Of a stretch of DNA of 64,000 nucleotides, positions 62,453 through 64,000 are shown in pieces. The DNA is taken from contig JASDWX010000035.1 of NCBI GenBank assembly GCA_041890515.1, forward strand, positions 11,008 to 75,007, given 5' to 3'. A program made the translations under genes and the position numbers. Every line of letters starts with the position of its first letter. The stretch's first letter is position 1. The notes below the pieces were generated by a model, which did no database searches, had not been told where the DNA came from, and saw only the letters and a program-made list of their open reading frames with translations. The stretch is from Alteromonadaceae bacterium. GTDB lineage: Bacteria; Pseudomonadota; Gammaproteobacteria; Enterobacterales; Alteromonadaceae.

Positions 62453-63325
62453 TTACTTGATACCAACGAGTCCTATTATTAACAACCATAAAGCGAAGAA
62501 TAATTTCAACTTTGTGGCAGAGAGATGAGTCACAAGGGTCTTAGCAAATATACCGCCAATTACTGCACCTGGACCCGCAAATAAAACCACTTGCCAGTAA
62601 ACTTCAAAATGAATGATCGTATGCTGCCAAATAGCCGACCACACAGTAAAAGCTGAAACAATAACGGCAGCAGCAACGGCCATACTAATATCAAATCGGC
62701 GTAAAATTAAATAAATCGCCAATAACTCACCTACACCAACAGACAACCAAGCCGTATGCGCTCCACCAAAAAAGCCTATCGTTATTAAAACGAACCAATC
62801 TAAAAGATATAGTTGGCTGCGTTCGCGGTGTGGTTTTAAGAAAAAAACGGTGACAATGATAAATAGCCCTAACACTAAGGAAAACCAGCTAAAACTTTGG
62901 TGCAAAGAAGTGGGTGGCGTTAGTTGATACCCATAAACTAACCAAATACCGACGACCGAACTAACAGCAGTAATACTAATAATACGTTTAAAACCTTGCC
63001 ACAAACGTAGTTCTGTTTTTTCACTTTTATAATGAAACCACCAAGTTAACGCTCCTGCGGTCATACCAAAACATTGAATTGCGAAACTCGTTGCAATAGA
63101 TTCTTGCTCGGTAAAATTTAATTGATTAAACAGTGGAATGAAGACTACGCCACCACCCGCTCCCGTTGAGTTGGCAAAGATAGCGCCAAGCACACCCATA
63201 AAGCTAAATAGCCCAAACTCCTTTATGCCTTCGAATGTTATCGGAGACAGCAAAAGCATAAAAAGCCAAAGCGCAATGAAGAGGAAAATGAATTTTGGGT
63301 TGGTTAAACGAAGAACACTCATCAA
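62453..63325 (-). CDS. Sulfite exporter TauE/SafE (TSUP) family protein
   Basis: GAGGGVVFIP, ATSFAIQCFG, SVGVGE; 8-9 TM helices. Confidence 0.85.
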   Translation of the reverse strand: MMSVLRLTNPKFIFLFIALWLFMLLLSPITFEGIKEFGLFSFMGVLGAIFANSTGAGGGVVFIPLFNQLNFTEQESIATSFAIQCFGMTAGALTWWFHYKSEKTELRLWQGFKRIISITAVSSVVGIWLVYGYQLTPPTSLHQSFSWFSLVLGLFIIVTVFFLKPHRERSQLYLLDWFVLITIGFFGGAHTAWLSVGVGELLAIYLILRRFDISMAVAAAVIVSAFTVWSAIWQHTIIHFEVYWQVVLFAGPGAVIGGIFAKTLVTHLSATKLKLFFALWLLIIGLVGIK

Positions 63326-63328
63326 ATA

Positions 63329-63820
63329 TTAATGCTTGTTCTGCTGATTAAATTTTTCGGTGAGAAATAATACCGCTTCTTCTGATAAGTTTTTATTAGA
63401 AATATAGCTACGCCCTTTAGCATGCTTTATTAACCAACCCAATTTAGTCGTTTCTATTAAGATAACTTCAGACCATAGTAACGTTAAGCTGGCATAAAAA
63501 GATTTACTCACAATACCCTCTTCATCAATAGTCAAATCAACATTACCTTTCGCAGCTTTACTGAGCATTTGACGCATCACCCACCAAGGTTTTTGATAAT
63601 AGGTACTAACACCTTCAAGGATACCGACGGCAAAAACAAACCACGCTATATATGGGTTCATTTGTGTAAACAACACTAATAACATTCCGGCAACAGCTAA
63701 AACTATTGATTTTTTATAGGCATTAAAAGTGGTAGGGATAATAGCAGACTCGCTATAACATTCTTGAAAATGAGCTTTATCTAACTGGTATGTGGTTTGG
63801 TAAGAAAAAGGCTGTTGCAT
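63329..63820 (-). CDS. YcxB-family membrane protein
   Basis: Two TM then LTIDEEGI...W.EV...YIS soluble domain. Confidence 0.7.
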   Translation of the reverse strand: MQQPFSYQTTYQLDKAHFQECYSESAIIPTTFNAYKKSIVLAVAGMLLVLFTQMNPYIAWFVFAVGILEGVSTYYQKPWWVMRQMLSKAAKGNVDLTIDEEGIVSKSFYASLTLLWSEVILIETTKLGWLIKHAKGRSYISNKNLSEEAVLFLTEKFNQQNKH

Positions 63821-63913
63821 AATAAAGAAGAAAACCAAGGTAAAACAATGACCTTATTTTACCTTAGTTTCTCATCAATGATGAAGTAAATAGTGATTAT
63901 ATATCGCTATTAT

Positions 63914-64000
63914 TTAACCTTCATCATTTGTGGTTGGAATAATAATGTCTACCGCTGAAATTTCTTCAAGTGTCATCTCAACTTCGACACGATCAACACG
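63914..64000 (-). CDS. 3' end of an unidentified gene (truncated by window edge)
   Basis: Open frame RVDRVEVEMTLEEISAVDIIIPTTNDEG* followed by a hairpin at 63837-63865. Confidence 0.35.
   Translation of the reverse strand, partial: RVDRVEVEMTLEEISAVDIIIPTTNDEG

Overview
Gammaproteobacterial chromosome segment; gene content and AT-richness suggest Alteromonadales/Colwelliaceae (inference). Bases 1-28.1 kb are housekeeping: pilB(3' part)-pilC-pilD-coaE-zapD-yacG, mutT, secA, an M23 peptidase, DUF721/DciA, and the complete dcw cluster (mraZ to lpxC) on the minus strand. From about 28.28 kb to 62.41 kb there is a ~34 kb Tn7-like element (tnsA-tnsB-tnsC-tniQ/tnsD, no cas genes) between the mraZ promoter and the 3' end of a TauE/SafE gene. 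It has atypical ends, and its tns operon points outward. Its cargo is a defence island. DNA phosphorothioation genes (dndA / dndBCDE, with an exact TACG-N10-CGTA DndB box) are paired with a PbeABCD-like module rather than DndFGH. That module is extended by a 1065-aa protein carrying HARE-HTH, two RNAP alpha-CTD and one sigma-4 domain, and by a DGQHR + HEPN-like gene pair. The island also holds a YeeE/YedE sulfur transporter, a DUF262-DUF1524 (GmrSD/SspE-like) nuclease, a decayed SLATT + methyltransferase pair, a half-HsdS + catalytically degenerate HsdM operon, and unannotated micro-ORFs including an Rmf/CrpP-like peptide. All calls come from reading motifs by eye; no database searches were run.
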